A stretch of DNA of 51,826 bases from Candidatus Nomurabacteria bacterium (lineage in GTDB: Bacteria > Patescibacteriota > Minisyncoccia > Phycocordibacterales > UBA9973). The notes beneath the pieces are model-generated. The model had not been told where the DNA came from. It saw nothing but the letters and a program-made list of their open reading frames with translations, and did no database searches. Shown here in pieces: positions 1-8,135 of this stretch. Both the position numbers and the translations under genes were made by a program. The stretch's first letter is position 1, and each line of letters opens with the position of its first letter. The stretch spans positions 1-51,826 of the forward strand of contig JACQGC010000013.1 of NCBI GenBank assembly GCA_016199805.1, written 5' to 3'.

Positions 1-155
1 AACGGCAAAACCGCCGCAATACATCTTTTCAATACAAAACCTTTCTTCGTCTCGCAAATGATGATATTTCATATGACAATTAAAATTAATTTTGCTAATG
101 CATTAATTCTAACTGTCCTACTTCAAAGGTAACTAACTACAAAAAGGAGTTTTAA

Positions 156-434
156 ATGCCAGATTATATACCAGCAATAGACTTAGACAACTGCCCATTG
201 AATATTGAAGAAATAAGCGCGGCAATTCTTGCAATTCCGGGCGCCGAGACATTTGGAGGGCGTGCGAATTACTCGAGGGCCTTCGCACTCAAGAATGGAG
301 GCATGGTGCTACTTGCTATGGTTCCCAGAATGCCCAACAGGATCAACATGACCTGCGCTGAAGGCCATCCCGAAGAATTCGGAGAAGTCGCCACTGCACT
401 TGCCCGGCTCAGCATGTCACTGTCTCCCGCTTAA
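156..434 (+). CDS. hypothetical small protein (GC-rich unit A)
   Basis: 92-codon ORF. AAGGAG at 144-149 lies 6 nt before the ATG. Candidate promoter is ATGACA (73-78), N17, TGcTAATGC (93-101). A hairpin plus T-run follows at 476-516. Clearly more G+C-rich than surrounding DNA. No recognisable domain. Confidence 0.45.
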   Translation: MPDYIPAIDLDNCPLNIEEISAAILAIPGAETFGGRANYSRAFALKNGGMVLLAMVPRMPNRINMTCAEGHPEEFGEVATALARLSMSLSPA

Positions 435-475
435 AGCTCCGCACGTGGCCGATACCAAACGTGCACATCAATAAA

Positions 476-516
476 GGCTAGCCCCGCGACAGCATCAACG
501 GGCTAGCCTTTTTTAG
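476..516 (+). terminator. intrinsic terminator of unit A
   Basis: GGCTAGCCCCG (476-486) pairs with CGGGCTAGCC (499-508), followed by TTTTTT. Confidence 0.6.
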
Positions 517-650
517 TTTTAGGTTCCACGTTTAAAGCATGCTATTCTAAAAGGGAATTCGCACCCTTTGACAAGGAGTAGTAACCAATGAAAGCAGTGG
601 TTTTTATGCTTGTTTCTTTTTTCGCTCTCGCTGCCCAGGAAGTTACAATT

Positions 651-1634
651 ACTTTGAATTACGAAACAAGCAAACTCCAATTTTCCCCAGCCACGTTTAA
701 ATACCTTCAGTCGTCTGAATTTTAGAAACAAAATTTAGTTTTTCTCAAAAGCAACTTCTCTACCTAAGCACATAGGCGAGAATCGAATAAATATAATTAG
801 CAAAGTAACCGTCAATGGATCTCGGAAATGAGGTCAGAAAAGCATATAACATTTTAAGATTTCGGAAGTTTAACTCAATCAGCATTCGGGTATTGTAGAG
901 CTGATATTGGAATTCAGTAATAATCTTTTTCATACTCTTCAGTGGTTTAGCAAACAGAATTTTTTTGTTTTCAACATAGAATTCTTTTTCCAAATCCTTT
1001 GAAAAATATCCCGCATCCGCTACGAATATGCCATCGATATTTTTGTTCATTTTCTGAAATGTTTTTCGGTCACTTGAATTTGCGGAGGCAAAGGAAATAG
1101 CCAGGACATTTCGATTCAAATCAGACGTTAATGACATTTTAAGCCCATAGTAGAAGCTTTTTCCAGAATGTCCCCACGATGACAATATTTTCATAATCTT
1201 GTTGTGTTTTGCGTTTTTGTTCAGACAAACTGGAACATCAGTGGAATCGGTATGCTTCACAATGTGAGCATTTTTCTGATTCCATTTTAAGATCATGTTC
1301 AGGACTATGAGAGCTTGAAGAGCGAATCGATTCATCTGCACACAGAGTGTTTTGTAACTTTCTTTCGGATTGAATATTTCAAAGATCGCTTTCTTGGTAG
1401 GAATACCGACGGTCTGTTTGAAGATGGCCAGAGCGATTGTTTCTTCTCCTAGTAAGGCTAACTTTCGACCAGTGCTTTTGTTTAATTTCAGTTGTAATTG
1501 TTTTGAGAAAAACTTAACTTTTGCTAGAATATTGGAGTGTAATTGAATATGGGTATTCATACAAAAAGCACCTCAGGGTGCTTTTTGTATTTTACCTCAT
1601 TTTGGGGAAAATTGGGAGTTTCGTAATTCAAAGT
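651..1634 (-). mobile_element. IS982-family-like insertion sequence (984 bp)
   Basis: Imperfect terminal inverted repeats: actttgaattacgaaac...ccaattttcccca at the left end, and its reverse complement at 1604-1634. Flanked by the direct repeat ACAATT at 645-650 and 1635-1640. Carries a single DDE transposase ORF. Confidence 0.75.
760..1560 (-). CDS. DDE transposase, IS982-family-like
   Basis: 266 aa. Motifs HTDSTDVPVC and FVADAGYFSKDLE resemble the IS982-type DS..P.C and DKGY blocks. Lies inside the IR-bounded element. Confidence 0.75.
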   Translation of the reverse strand: MNTHIQLHSNILAKVKFFSKQLQLKLNKSTGRKLALLGEETIALAIFKQTVGIPTKKAIFEIFNPKESYKTLCVQMNRFALQALIVLNMILKWNQKNAHIVKHTDSTDVPVCLNKNAKHNKIMKILSSWGHSGKSFYYGLKMSLTSDLNRNVLAISFASANSSDRKTFQKMNKNIDGIFVADAGYFSKDLEKEFYVENKKILFAKPLKSMKKIITEFQYQLYNTRMLIELNFRNLKMLYAFLTSFPRSIDGYFANYIYSILAYVLR

Positions 1635-1959
1635 ACAATTAAGTATTTCCATCCAATCACCGGCGCAGCTCAGCAGTTCAACGTAGTGCAGGGCAAACCA
1701 CTCAGCCTGCCCTTGGGCGATTGTGACCCTCTCCAGGTCCCGGAAGTGGTGGGAGGTGGCCAGGTTACGGCCAACTGTCTCATAAAGACCAAAGGAAAGT
1801 TTAGCGCCCGGAAGATTTTCAACGGCCGCCTAGTGAGAAGGGCAACCGGGTTTACTATCCGCTGGAGCAGAAAGTCCTTCCGGCGTCTACAGAAGGAGGC
1901 CAGCGAGTAAGCCTTCTAAAGCCGTCCACCAACGACAATCGCGCAACAGCGCACAACGC

Positions 1960-2003
1960 CCGCCAGCACGGAGAATATCTGTGGTGGCGGATTTTCTTTT
2001 CTT
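1960..2003 (+). terminator. intrinsic terminator of unit B
   Basis: CCGCCAGCAC ... GTGGTGGCGG is an imperfect stem, followed by ATTTTCTTTTCTT. Confidence 0.5.
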
Positions 2004-2040
2004 CATTAAATATTCATTTTTATTTTAGAAGATAAACGGT

Positions 2041-2520
2041 ATGGAACCTATAAAAGAAGTTGTTTTAGAAAAAACATACGGTGCTCCACTAGAAACAGTC
2101 TGGCAGGCTTGGACTGATCCGGAAATTTTAAAAAAATGGTGGGGGCCGAATGAAGTCAGCATCCCTGAATGCGAGGTTGATTTGCGAGTCGGCGGAAAGT
2201 TTTACATTGTCATGGAAGCAGGAGAAGGCATGGGTCCGCACAAAGGCACCAAGTGGCCGATGCTGGCGGAGTTTACTGAAATTATTCCAAACGCAAAGAT
2301 TGCTTACAAAGCGCAAGCTTGGACGGAAGGAGACAAAGATGAAACATTGATTGACCAAAGCACGGAAATTACTTTAACGGAAGAAAAAGGCAAAACAAAA
2401 GTGAAAGTCGTAGCAGATATTTATAAAACAGGACCAAAAGCCAAAATGGCCGTGGAGGGTATGCAATACGGTTTCACTCAACAGCTGGAAAAGCTAAACG
2501 ATTTTCTGTCCGCGCGCTGA
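2041..2520 (+). CDS. SRPBCC / AHSA1 (Aha1-like) domain protein
   Basis: 159 aa. The WQAWTDPEILKKWWGP and VGGKF motifs are typical of the Activator-of-Hsp90-ATPase-homolog-like SRPBCC family. Confidence 0.85.
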   Translation: MEPIKEVVLEKTYGAPLETVWQAWTDPEILKKWWGPNEVSIPECEVDLRVGGKFYIVMEAGEGMGPHKGTKWPMLAEFTEIIPNAKIAYKAQAWTEGDKDETLIDQSTEITLTEEKGKTKVKVVADIYKTGPKAKMAVEGMQYGFTQQLEKLNDFLSAR

Positions 2521-2570
2521 CCTTTACAAATAGAAAATATTTAGTATAGTAATTTTAGAGGTCCTTCTAA

Positions 2571-2768
2571 ATGAGTACATCCATAACCATGACGGAAAAA
2601 GTTAGGCTCTTTCTGGACACCAACGCCGTTGTTCGACAAAGCCGGCTCGCTAAGGCCTACGCCGAGGCCATTGAAGCAAAGGTCGAGCCGAAGTGCCCTG
2701 ACCCAAACTGTGTTGGCGACCTGGTCAACAGCGGCGACTCAATCCACTGCACCGTTTGTGGCAATTAG
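2571..2768 (+). CDS. hypothetical small zinc-ribbon-like protein (GC-rich unit C)
   Basis: 65 aa with CPDPNC...CTVC. Candidate promoter TTTACA (2523-2528), N16, TATAGT (2545-2550). AGAGGT Shine-Dalgarno. Terminator at 2794-2835. GC-rich. Confidence 0.45.
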   Translation: MSTSITMTEKVRLFLDTNAVVRQSRLAKAYAEAIEAKVEPKCPDPNCVGDLVNSGDSIHCTVCGN

Positions 2769-2793
2769 CCGCACAACATGGGCGCCATCAACA

Positions 2794-2835
2794 GCCGCGG
2801 GAGTCTCTGGACTTCCCGCGGCTTCTCGTTTTATA
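2794..2835 (+). terminator. intrinsic terminator of unit C
   Basis: GCCGCGGGA ... TCCCGCGGC stem, followed by TTCTCGTTTTAT. Confidence 0.55.
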
Positions 2836-2846
2836 TATTCAAGTGC

Positions 2847-2852
2847 TATAAT
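2847..2852 (+). promoter_or_regulatory. -10 box (TGcTATAAT) 6 nt upstream of the ATG at 2859
   Basis: gtgcTATAATaattttATG. No Shine-Dalgarno. Leaderless-type arrangement. Confidence 0.5.
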
Positions 2853-2858
2853 AATTTT

Positions 2859-3107
2859 ATGAAAAAGTATCTAAATTTTAACGGGTTGATGCAGGTTTGC
2901 GTCGTATTTTTTACCATGCTGGGATTTTTGCTTATCGCTTTGAAATTACCCGGATGGGGACTGGTTAGTAACTTAATTTCGGAACCTTTTTGGCTATATA
3001 GCTCATACAAATCTTGGAAAAATGCGGACCAAATCGGCGCTTTTATTACTACACTGATGATTACGGCTATTTTACTTTTCGGCGTGCTTAATTATTTTGT
3101 TTTTTAA
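2859..3107 (+). CDS. small integral membrane protein, hypothetical
   Basis: Start chosen at the internal ATG (MKKYLNF...) because a TATAAT lies 6 nt upstream. Three hydrophobic segments. Confidence 0.5.
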   Translation: MKKYLNFNGLMQVCVVFFTMLGFLLIALKLPGWGLVSNLISEPFWLYSSYKSWKNADQIGAFITTLMITAILLFGVLNYFVF

Positions 3108-3112
3108 TTTAA

Positions 3113-3859
3113 ATGAAACTCATTGATTTAAATGCGGAATGCGGAGTTCACCTTGAGCCGCTTTTAGAATTCATCAGGACGCAATCAGCTGATACTGATA
3201 TTTTTTGCTTTCAGGAAGTTTTTCATAAAGGTATTGTAAAGAGGTGGTTCTTGGGTGAGGCTAGGCCGGAGCTTTTTTCCGAGATAGAGAAAGTTCTGCC
3301 GGATTTCAATAGTTACTTTTGCGCCCCATCGGAAAAAGACGTCGGCGGTTTGGCTATTTTTATTAAAAAATCTTTTACGGTAAACAAGGTAGAAAATATG
3401 GTTCTCTTCCGGGAAATGAACGAAACGACAGATGAAGACGATAAAAGCTATTTTGCCATGGGTAGAAATCTCCAGTCTGTTAATTTTACTAAAGACGGCA
3501 AAACTTATACTATTTTTAATTTCCACGGCATGTGGACGGCAAAAGGGAAGATAGATACTCCGAAACGACTAGAGCAATCGGAAAAAATTAAAAAGATATT
3601 TGATGTCACAAAAGGCGCTAGAATACTCTGTGGGGATTTGAATTTGGAACCGGACACCCAAAGTTTAAATATTTTAACCGGAGAAAATAGAAATTTAATT
3701 CAAGAATATAAAATAACTTCCACTAGAAGTTCGTCTTATGCCAAGCCATCAAAACTTGCCGACTATGCCCTAATCTCGCCGGAGGTGGAAGTAATAGATT
3801 TCAAAGTTCTAAAAGACGAAGTTTCCAACCATTTGCCACTGTTTTTGGAATTCAAATAA
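3113..3859 (+). CDS. endonuclease/exonuclease/phosphatase (EEP) family protein
   Basis: 248 aa. Contains FCFQEV, NFHGMW, GDLNLEP and SNHLPL, the typical EEP catalytic blocks. Confidence 0.8.
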   Translation: MKLIDLNAECGVHLEPLLEFIRTQSADTDIFCFQEVFHKGIVKRWFLGEARPELFSEIEKVLPDFNSYFCAPSEKDVGGLAIFIKKSFTVNKVENMVLFREMNETTDEDDKSYFAMGRNLQSVNFTKDGKTYTIFNFHGMWTAKGKIDTPKRLEQSEKIKKIFDVTKGARILCGDLNLEPDTQSLNILTGENRNLIQEYKITSTRSSSYAKPSKLADYALISPEVEVIDFKVLKDEVSNHLPLFLEFK

Positions 3860-3872
3860 ACTGCCTCTGTGC

Positions 3873-3878
3873 TATAAT
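3873..3878 (+). promoter_or_regulatory. -10 box (TGcTATAAT) 6 nt upstream of the ATG at 3885
   Basis: tgtgcTATAATttatccATG. Confidence 0.5.
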
Positions 3879-3884
3879 TTATCC

Positions 3885-4343
3885 ATGAAAAAGTTAATTA
3901 TTATACTGATTTTGATTACGCTTGGAATATCGGCTTTTGTTGGGAGCAGGACATGGGCACCTTTGCCTCAGACCCAAAACACAAACACTAATACAGAAAA
4001 TCCAAAATCAGACCTTATCCGTGTCGAAACTCCGCAACCTGGCGAAAATATCAGCAGTCCGGTTGTCATAAAAGGAACCGCCCGTGGGTCTTGGTTTTTT
4101 GAAGCCAGCTTTCCGGTGGTACTTGCCGATTGGGATGGGCTCATAATCGCGCAAGGCACAGCTAAAGCAAAAGGCGACTGGATGACTGCAGATTTCGTGC
4201 CCTTTGAAGCCACGCTCACATTCAAAACTTATGCTAAAAATTATAGCAATAAAGGCACTTTGATTTTAAGAAAAGATAATCCATCAGGATTGCCAAAGAA
4301 TAATGATTCCCTGGAAATACCCGTATTTCTCATCAACCAGTAG
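3885..4343 (+). CDS. secreted Gmad2 immunoglobulin-like domain protein
   Basis: Signal/TM N-terminus. ISSPVVIKGTARGSWFFEASFPVVLADWDG...DFVPFEATLTF matches the Gmad2 Ig-like pattern. Confidence 0.65.
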   Translation: MKKLIIILILITLGISAFVGSRTWAPLPQTQNTNTNTENPKSDLIRVETPQPGENISSPVVIKGTARGSWFFEASFPVVLADWDGLIIAQGTAKAKGDWMTADFVPFEATLTFKTYAKNYSNKGTLILRKDNPSGLPKNNDSLEIPVFLINQ

Positions 4344-4442
4344 GGTGAAATGGTCTTCATTTTTGCTTCATAAAATTTGAATACAATTTATTTTGGCACG
4401 AGATTGCTCTTGTGTCCTTATTAGCCTAACAAATCAAATCAC

Positions 4443-4940
4443 ATGAAAAATAAAATTGCATTTTTGGTTGTTTTACTTCTTGTTGTTTTTGGCACAGGTC
4501 TTGCAAATTTGAACGTCGCAAACGCGCAAGTTTCCAATTTCCCCGCGGGCTGTGTTTCAGCGCTCGGGTATAGCATCACCACGGGCATTCCTTGTAGTGG
4601 CACAGGCACAGCTACAAATGGCCCTTTGCCGGGCTGTACTACACCTCTCGGTTACAGCATAACCAATGGTGTGCCTTGTAGCGGAAGCTCTGTGGTTTTG
4701 CAATATCTAGCAGGGTGTACCTCTACCAGTGGTTATAGCACGATAGACACGAGCCGGTTGTGTAATGGCACAGTCGCTTCATCTATACCGGTCACGATAC
4801 CAGGAGGAACGACTACGCCGGGCTTGCCCAGGACGGGCGCCGGAGGAAACGCACTCGGCAATATTTTAGTTCTCTTGGTTTCAGGACTCGGAGCGCTAGC
4901 GGGCACAATATATCTCGTTCGCAAACCTAATGTCGCTTAG
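4443..4940 (+). CDS. LPxTG-anchored surface protein with three Cys-bounded GYS..TG..C repeats
   Basis: Signal peptide. C-terminal LPRTG, then a hydrophobic stretch and RKPNVA tail, which is a classic sortase sorting signal. Three repeats of GC....GYSI..G.PCSG. Confidence 0.8.
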   Translation: MKNKIAFLVVLLLVVFGTGLANLNVANAQVSNFPAGCVSALGYSITTGIPCSGTGTATNGPLPGCTTPLGYSITNGVPCSGSSVVLQYLAGCTSTSGYSTIDTSRLCNGTVASSIPVTIPGGTTTPGLPRTGAGGNALGNILVLLVSGLGALAGTIYLVRKPNVA

Positions 4941-5529
4941 CAAGGGCAGCAAAAGATTTCTCGTAAAAATAGCCACGGTTACAGCATTATTGATTTTTAC
5001 TGTGACCTTAGTAGGAGCGGTTTATTATAACCCGGACGGAATACCCCTGCCGAAGGGGTCTTCGTCTACCACAAAGAGGAGTGCGTCCTTGTATCCGGTG
5101 CATATTTCCATACCTAAGATAAAAGTAGATACAAGCGTGGTGCAAGTGGGCGTTACGCAAAAAGGCAACATGGCCACGCCGAGTGATTTCTCGGAAGTGG
5201 GTTGGTATAAATACGGCACCATCCCCGGGCAAAAAGGCAGCGCCATCCTCGCCGGACACGTGGACAATGGGTTGGCTTTTCCCGCTGTTTTCAGTAATTT
5301 AAAAAATCTCAAAAATGGGGACTCCATCTATGTGACGACGAAAAAGAATAAACGTTTGCGTTTTGTGGTGACCGGAGCTAAGGTTTACGACTTCAACGCT
5401 TCAGCCAAAGCAATATTCAACGACAAAAGCGGCACCTTACTAAAGCTGATAACCTGCTCGGGTAATTGGGTGAGTGAATACAAGACGCACGACAAGCGGC
5501 TCGTAGTCACAGCCCAATTGGTAAAATAA
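4930..5529 (+). CDS. sortase family transpeptidase
   Basis: N-terminal TM segment. His in ILAGHVD, Cys in LITCSG, Arg in KRLVV. Overlaps the LPxTG substrate gene by 11 nt. Confidence 0.85.
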   Translation: MSLSKGSKRFLVKIATVTALLIFTVTLVGAVYYNPDGIPLPKGSSSTTKRSASLYPVHISIPKIKVDTSVVQVGVTQKGNMATPSDFSEVGWYKYGTIPGQKGSAILAGHVDNGLAFPAVFSNLKNLKNGDSIYVTTKKNKRLRFVVTGAKVYDFNASAKAIFNDKSGTLLKLITCSGNWVSEYKTHDKRLVVTAQLVK

Positions 5530-5539
5530 GTCGACGTGG

Positions 5540-5545
5540 TATAAT
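5540..5545 (+). promoter_or_regulatory. -10 box TATAAT 7 nt upstream of the ATG at 5553
   Basis: ggTATAATtagctttATG. Confidence 0.5.
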
Positions 5546-5552
5546 TAGCTTT

Positions 5553-6335
5553 ATGAAAACATTAAGAATATTTTTGCTTATTTTAATAATTATTGGAATT
5601 GGTTTGTTACTCACGCAAAAATCTTGGGTGCCGAAGTTGGTGGATTTTATTATTTCCCATGACACCCCCGAAAAAGAAGTTGTTTTAAAACCGACACCAA
5701 AAAAAGAAGAAGCCAATTCTATTACAATTACCAGCCAAAAAATTACCGAAGAAAATTTCACGGGTACTGCGGCGGTGATTTCCGGCTCGAGTCCGCTTGC
5801 CACTAAAATGCAAAACTACATAGATGGAGTGGTCAGCGATTTCAGAAAAGATGCCAACACAGAAGTTCCCGACATTAGGGCAAAATTCGGCAAGGATAAC
5901 CCAACTGCCAATTACGAAATAGACATAAATTCAAAATACATTATGGGAGGGAAGACGGAATCCATCGTCACGGATGTTTACACTTTTACCGGTGGCGCTC
6001 ACGGTAGCACGATATATAAAGTCATGACTGCAGATCAAAAGAGCGGAAAAATTCTAGCTCTTTCGGATATAGTCAAAAAAGAAAAACAAACCGCTTTTAC
6101 GAATCTTGTCAAAAAAGAATTAAACAGTTGGATTCCCGAAGGCAGCACGGCGCCTGTCGTCTTTGCCTACGATGTCAACAATCTAACCTTTGCTGACTTT
6201 ACTAATTGGTCTTTAGACGGTCAAAACATGATTATATACTTTGATCAATATTCTATAGGTCCGGGAGTCCTAGGAGCGACGGCTTTCCAAATTCCACTTT
6301 CAAAAACAAGCGAATTTCTCGACTTAAATTACTAA
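5553..6335 (+). CDS. membrane-anchored DUF3298/DUF4163-like protein
   Basis: 260 aa. The YTFTGGAHGST motif is the DUF3298 (RsiV/PdaC-like) hallmark. Confidence 0.65.
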   Translation: MKTLRIFLLILIIIGIGLLLTQKSWVPKLVDFIISHDTPEKEVVLKPTPKKEEANSITITSQKITEENFTGTAAVISGSSPLATKMQNYIDGVVSDFRKDANTEVPDIRAKFGKDNPTANYEIDINSKYIMGGKTESIVTDVYTFTGGAHGSTIYKVMTADQKSGKILALSDIVKKEKQTAFTNLVKKELNSWIPEGSTAPVVFAYDVNNLTFADFTNWSLDGQNMIIYFDQYSIGPGVLGATAFQIPLSKTSEFLDLNY

Positions 6336-6353
6336 TATTTGATTGCTTTTGAA

Positions 6354-7367
6354 TTAGTAGACAGTCACGTAAATCGTACTGCACGAATAGTTTCCGCTTT
6401 GGCAAAAAGTGATGGTATCCGAGCCCGCAGAAGCCGCCAATATTTGCACGGAATTACTGATATTGTTATAACCGTTGTATCCGCCACCCGCATAGCAAAG
6501 TTGGCCTGTCAGATAGCTGTAAGTAGATGTCGCCGTGCATCCGGGAATTGAAGAATACCCACCTCCATATCCGCCGCCGTAACAAAGCTGCCCTGTGATT
6601 GTGTTGTATGTCGCACCCGCGGTGCACCCCAGAGTGTTTGATGTATATGACGTCACGGCTACGGCCGGATTGGAATTACTGGACACAGTCAAACCGTTTG
6701 AATTGGAAGAGGTCAATGTGACTGCGCCACCGACGGGCAAAGTTAGAGAGGAAAGATTTATGCCCGTATTTGTGCCAACAGGCGGATACACGCTGCTGCC
6801 GGTGACATTGACGTAGATAGTTCCGCAGTAACTCGTGTTGTTGTTCATGCAAACCACGATGCTGGCCGAGCCGTAGCTGTTTCCGTAAATTGAAATTGTA
6901 TTGCCACTCACATATGCTGTGGCCACACTGGAATTCGAATTACTGGAAACATATAGAGTCCCATAAGAATATGAGTTGTATGCAGTCACCACAGAAGTCT
7001 GCCCGACGGTAAGCGAAAGACTGGTCTGGCTTAAAGACAGCGTGCCGGAGCTACCGCCACTCACTGTGATGTAAATATTGTTGCAGGAACCATTATTGTA
7101 TTCGCATATTGTGGCGGTAGTAGTACCGGACATAACTGCATAGATATTTACATTTGTGCCACTGATGGAGACAGTGGCCACGTTGCTATTGGAATTGTTG
7201 GATAGATAAATAGAATTCAAAACGTTGTAGGCGTATACCGTCATAGATTGGCCGACGGTCAAACTAACACTGCTCTGGCTCAATGTTGCCGCCCGCGCCT
7301 GACCGACAAACAATACTAATGCTACTGCGACCAAGGAGATAATAAATACTTTTTTAAGGGATTTCAT
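6354..7367 (-). CDS. secreted repeat protein (three Big_2-like Ig repeats plus two Cys-bounded TG..C motifs)
   Basis: Signal peptide. Three ~95-aa repeats (LS.S.VSLTVGQ...V.AYN...SNNSNS.VATV.ISGN...IY...G.A.I..C). C-terminal GCTAGATYNTITGQLC and GCTATSTYSYLTGQLC. Confidence 0.7.
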   Translation of the reverse strand: MKSLKKVFIISLVAVALVLFVGQARAATLSQSSVSLTVGQSMTVYAYNVLNSIYLSNNSNSNVATVSISGTNVNIYAVMSGTTTATICEYNNGSCNNIYITVSGGSSGTLSLSQTSLSLTVGQTSVVTAYNSYSYGTLYVSSNSNSSVATAYVSGNTISIYGNSYGSASIVVCMNNNTSYCGTIYVNVTGSSVYPPVGTNTGINLSSLTLPVGGAVTLTSSNSNGLTVSSNSNPAVAVTSYTSNTLGCTAGATYNTITGQLCYGGGYGGGYSSIPGCTATSTYSYLTGQLCYAGGGYNGYNNISNSVQILAASAGSDTITFCQSGNYSCSTIYVTVY

Positions 7368-7454
7368 GTGATTTTTTATAGTTATTTCTAATATGGCTGC
7401 GACTTTTAGCCATAATTGTTATATTACAACAAACTCTAGTATAATGTCTATATT

Positions 7455-8135
7455 ATGAATATTGAATTAAAAACAACCAGAGAGCCGGAGGATGTCGCAA
7501 CTCTCATTGCTTCTTCTATCTTAAAACAACTAAAATCCGGCCAACATGTTTTGTTTTTTGCGACTGGCGGCTCGTCGATATACATTTGCACAAAGATATC
7601 GAAAATACTAAGAGAATATCCCGATAAAAATTTAGTGAAAAATCTGACTGTTACTCTGACCGACGAACGCTATGGGGCAGTCGGACACTTGGACTCAAAT
7701 TGGCAGCAACTCATGGACAGAGGGTTTTGTTTACCGGAAGCAAAATGCATACCTGTTTTAAATGGAGAAGAAAAAGACGCTACAGTTCGAGAGTGGAATA
7801 ATACTCTTAATCAGGAATTAATGACGAAGGGATATAAAATAGGAGTATTCGGCGTCGGCGCGGATGGACACACGGCCGGGATATTGCCGGAAAGTCCGGC
7901 AATAGACTCGGAAGATTTTGCCTGTGGTTATGATACCCCGACTTTTTCACGCATTACTATCACATCTAAAACTATAGAGAAATTGGACGAAGCCGCCGTC
8001 TGGGTGCAAGGCATAGGTAAATGGCCAATTGTAGAAAATTTATTAAAAGAAAATATTCCGATAAACACGCAACCGACGCAGATATTAAAAAAAGTTCCAT
8101 TATTAACAATCTTTAGCGACTACAACGCACAATGA
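7455..8135 (+). CDS. pgl: 6-phosphogluconolactonase
   Basis: 226 aa. ATGGSS, LTDERY and GVGADGHTAGILP motifs of the 6PGL/NagB family. First gene of the pgl-gnd-zwf operon. Confidence 0.8.
   Translation: MNIELKTTREPEDVATLIASSILKQLKSGQHVLFFATGGSSIYICTKISKILREYPDKNLVKNLTVTLTDERYGAVGHLDSNWQQLMDRGFCLPEAKCIPVLNGEEKDATVREWNNTLNQELMTKGYKIGVFGVGADGHTAGILPESPAIDSEDFACGYDTPTFSRITITSKTIEKLDEAAVWVQGIGKWPIVENLLKENIPINTQPTQILKKVPLLTIFSDYNAQ

Larger units (their letters stand above)
588..1910 (+). pseudogene. small secreted protein gene (GC-rich unit B) interrupted by an IS element
   Basis: AAGGAG then ATG at 588 encodes the signal-peptide-like MKAVVFMLVSFFALAAQEVTI up to 650. The IS occupies 651-1634. After removing the IS and one ACAATT copy, the frame continues exactly from 1641 to the stop at 1910, giving a restored 111-aa ORF. 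A terminator lies at 1960-2003. Confidence 0.55.

Noticed and set aside
1-72. Minus-strand partial ORF starting at 72 (MKYHHLRDEERFCIEKMYCGGFAV...) and leaving the window.
   Set aside because: Only 24 codons are visible, so neither coding status nor function can be supported.
1521-1910. 129-aa plus-strand track ORF.
   Set aside because: It is chimeric. It starts inside the IS element (antisense to the transposase start), reads across the right inverted repeat, and only from 1635 onward corresponds to the interrupted cassette B gene.
2128-2358. Small ORFs on both strands overlapping the SRPBCC gene.
   Set aside because: The 159-aa plus-strand frame has a clear AHSA1/SRPBCC signature, and the overlapping frames have none.
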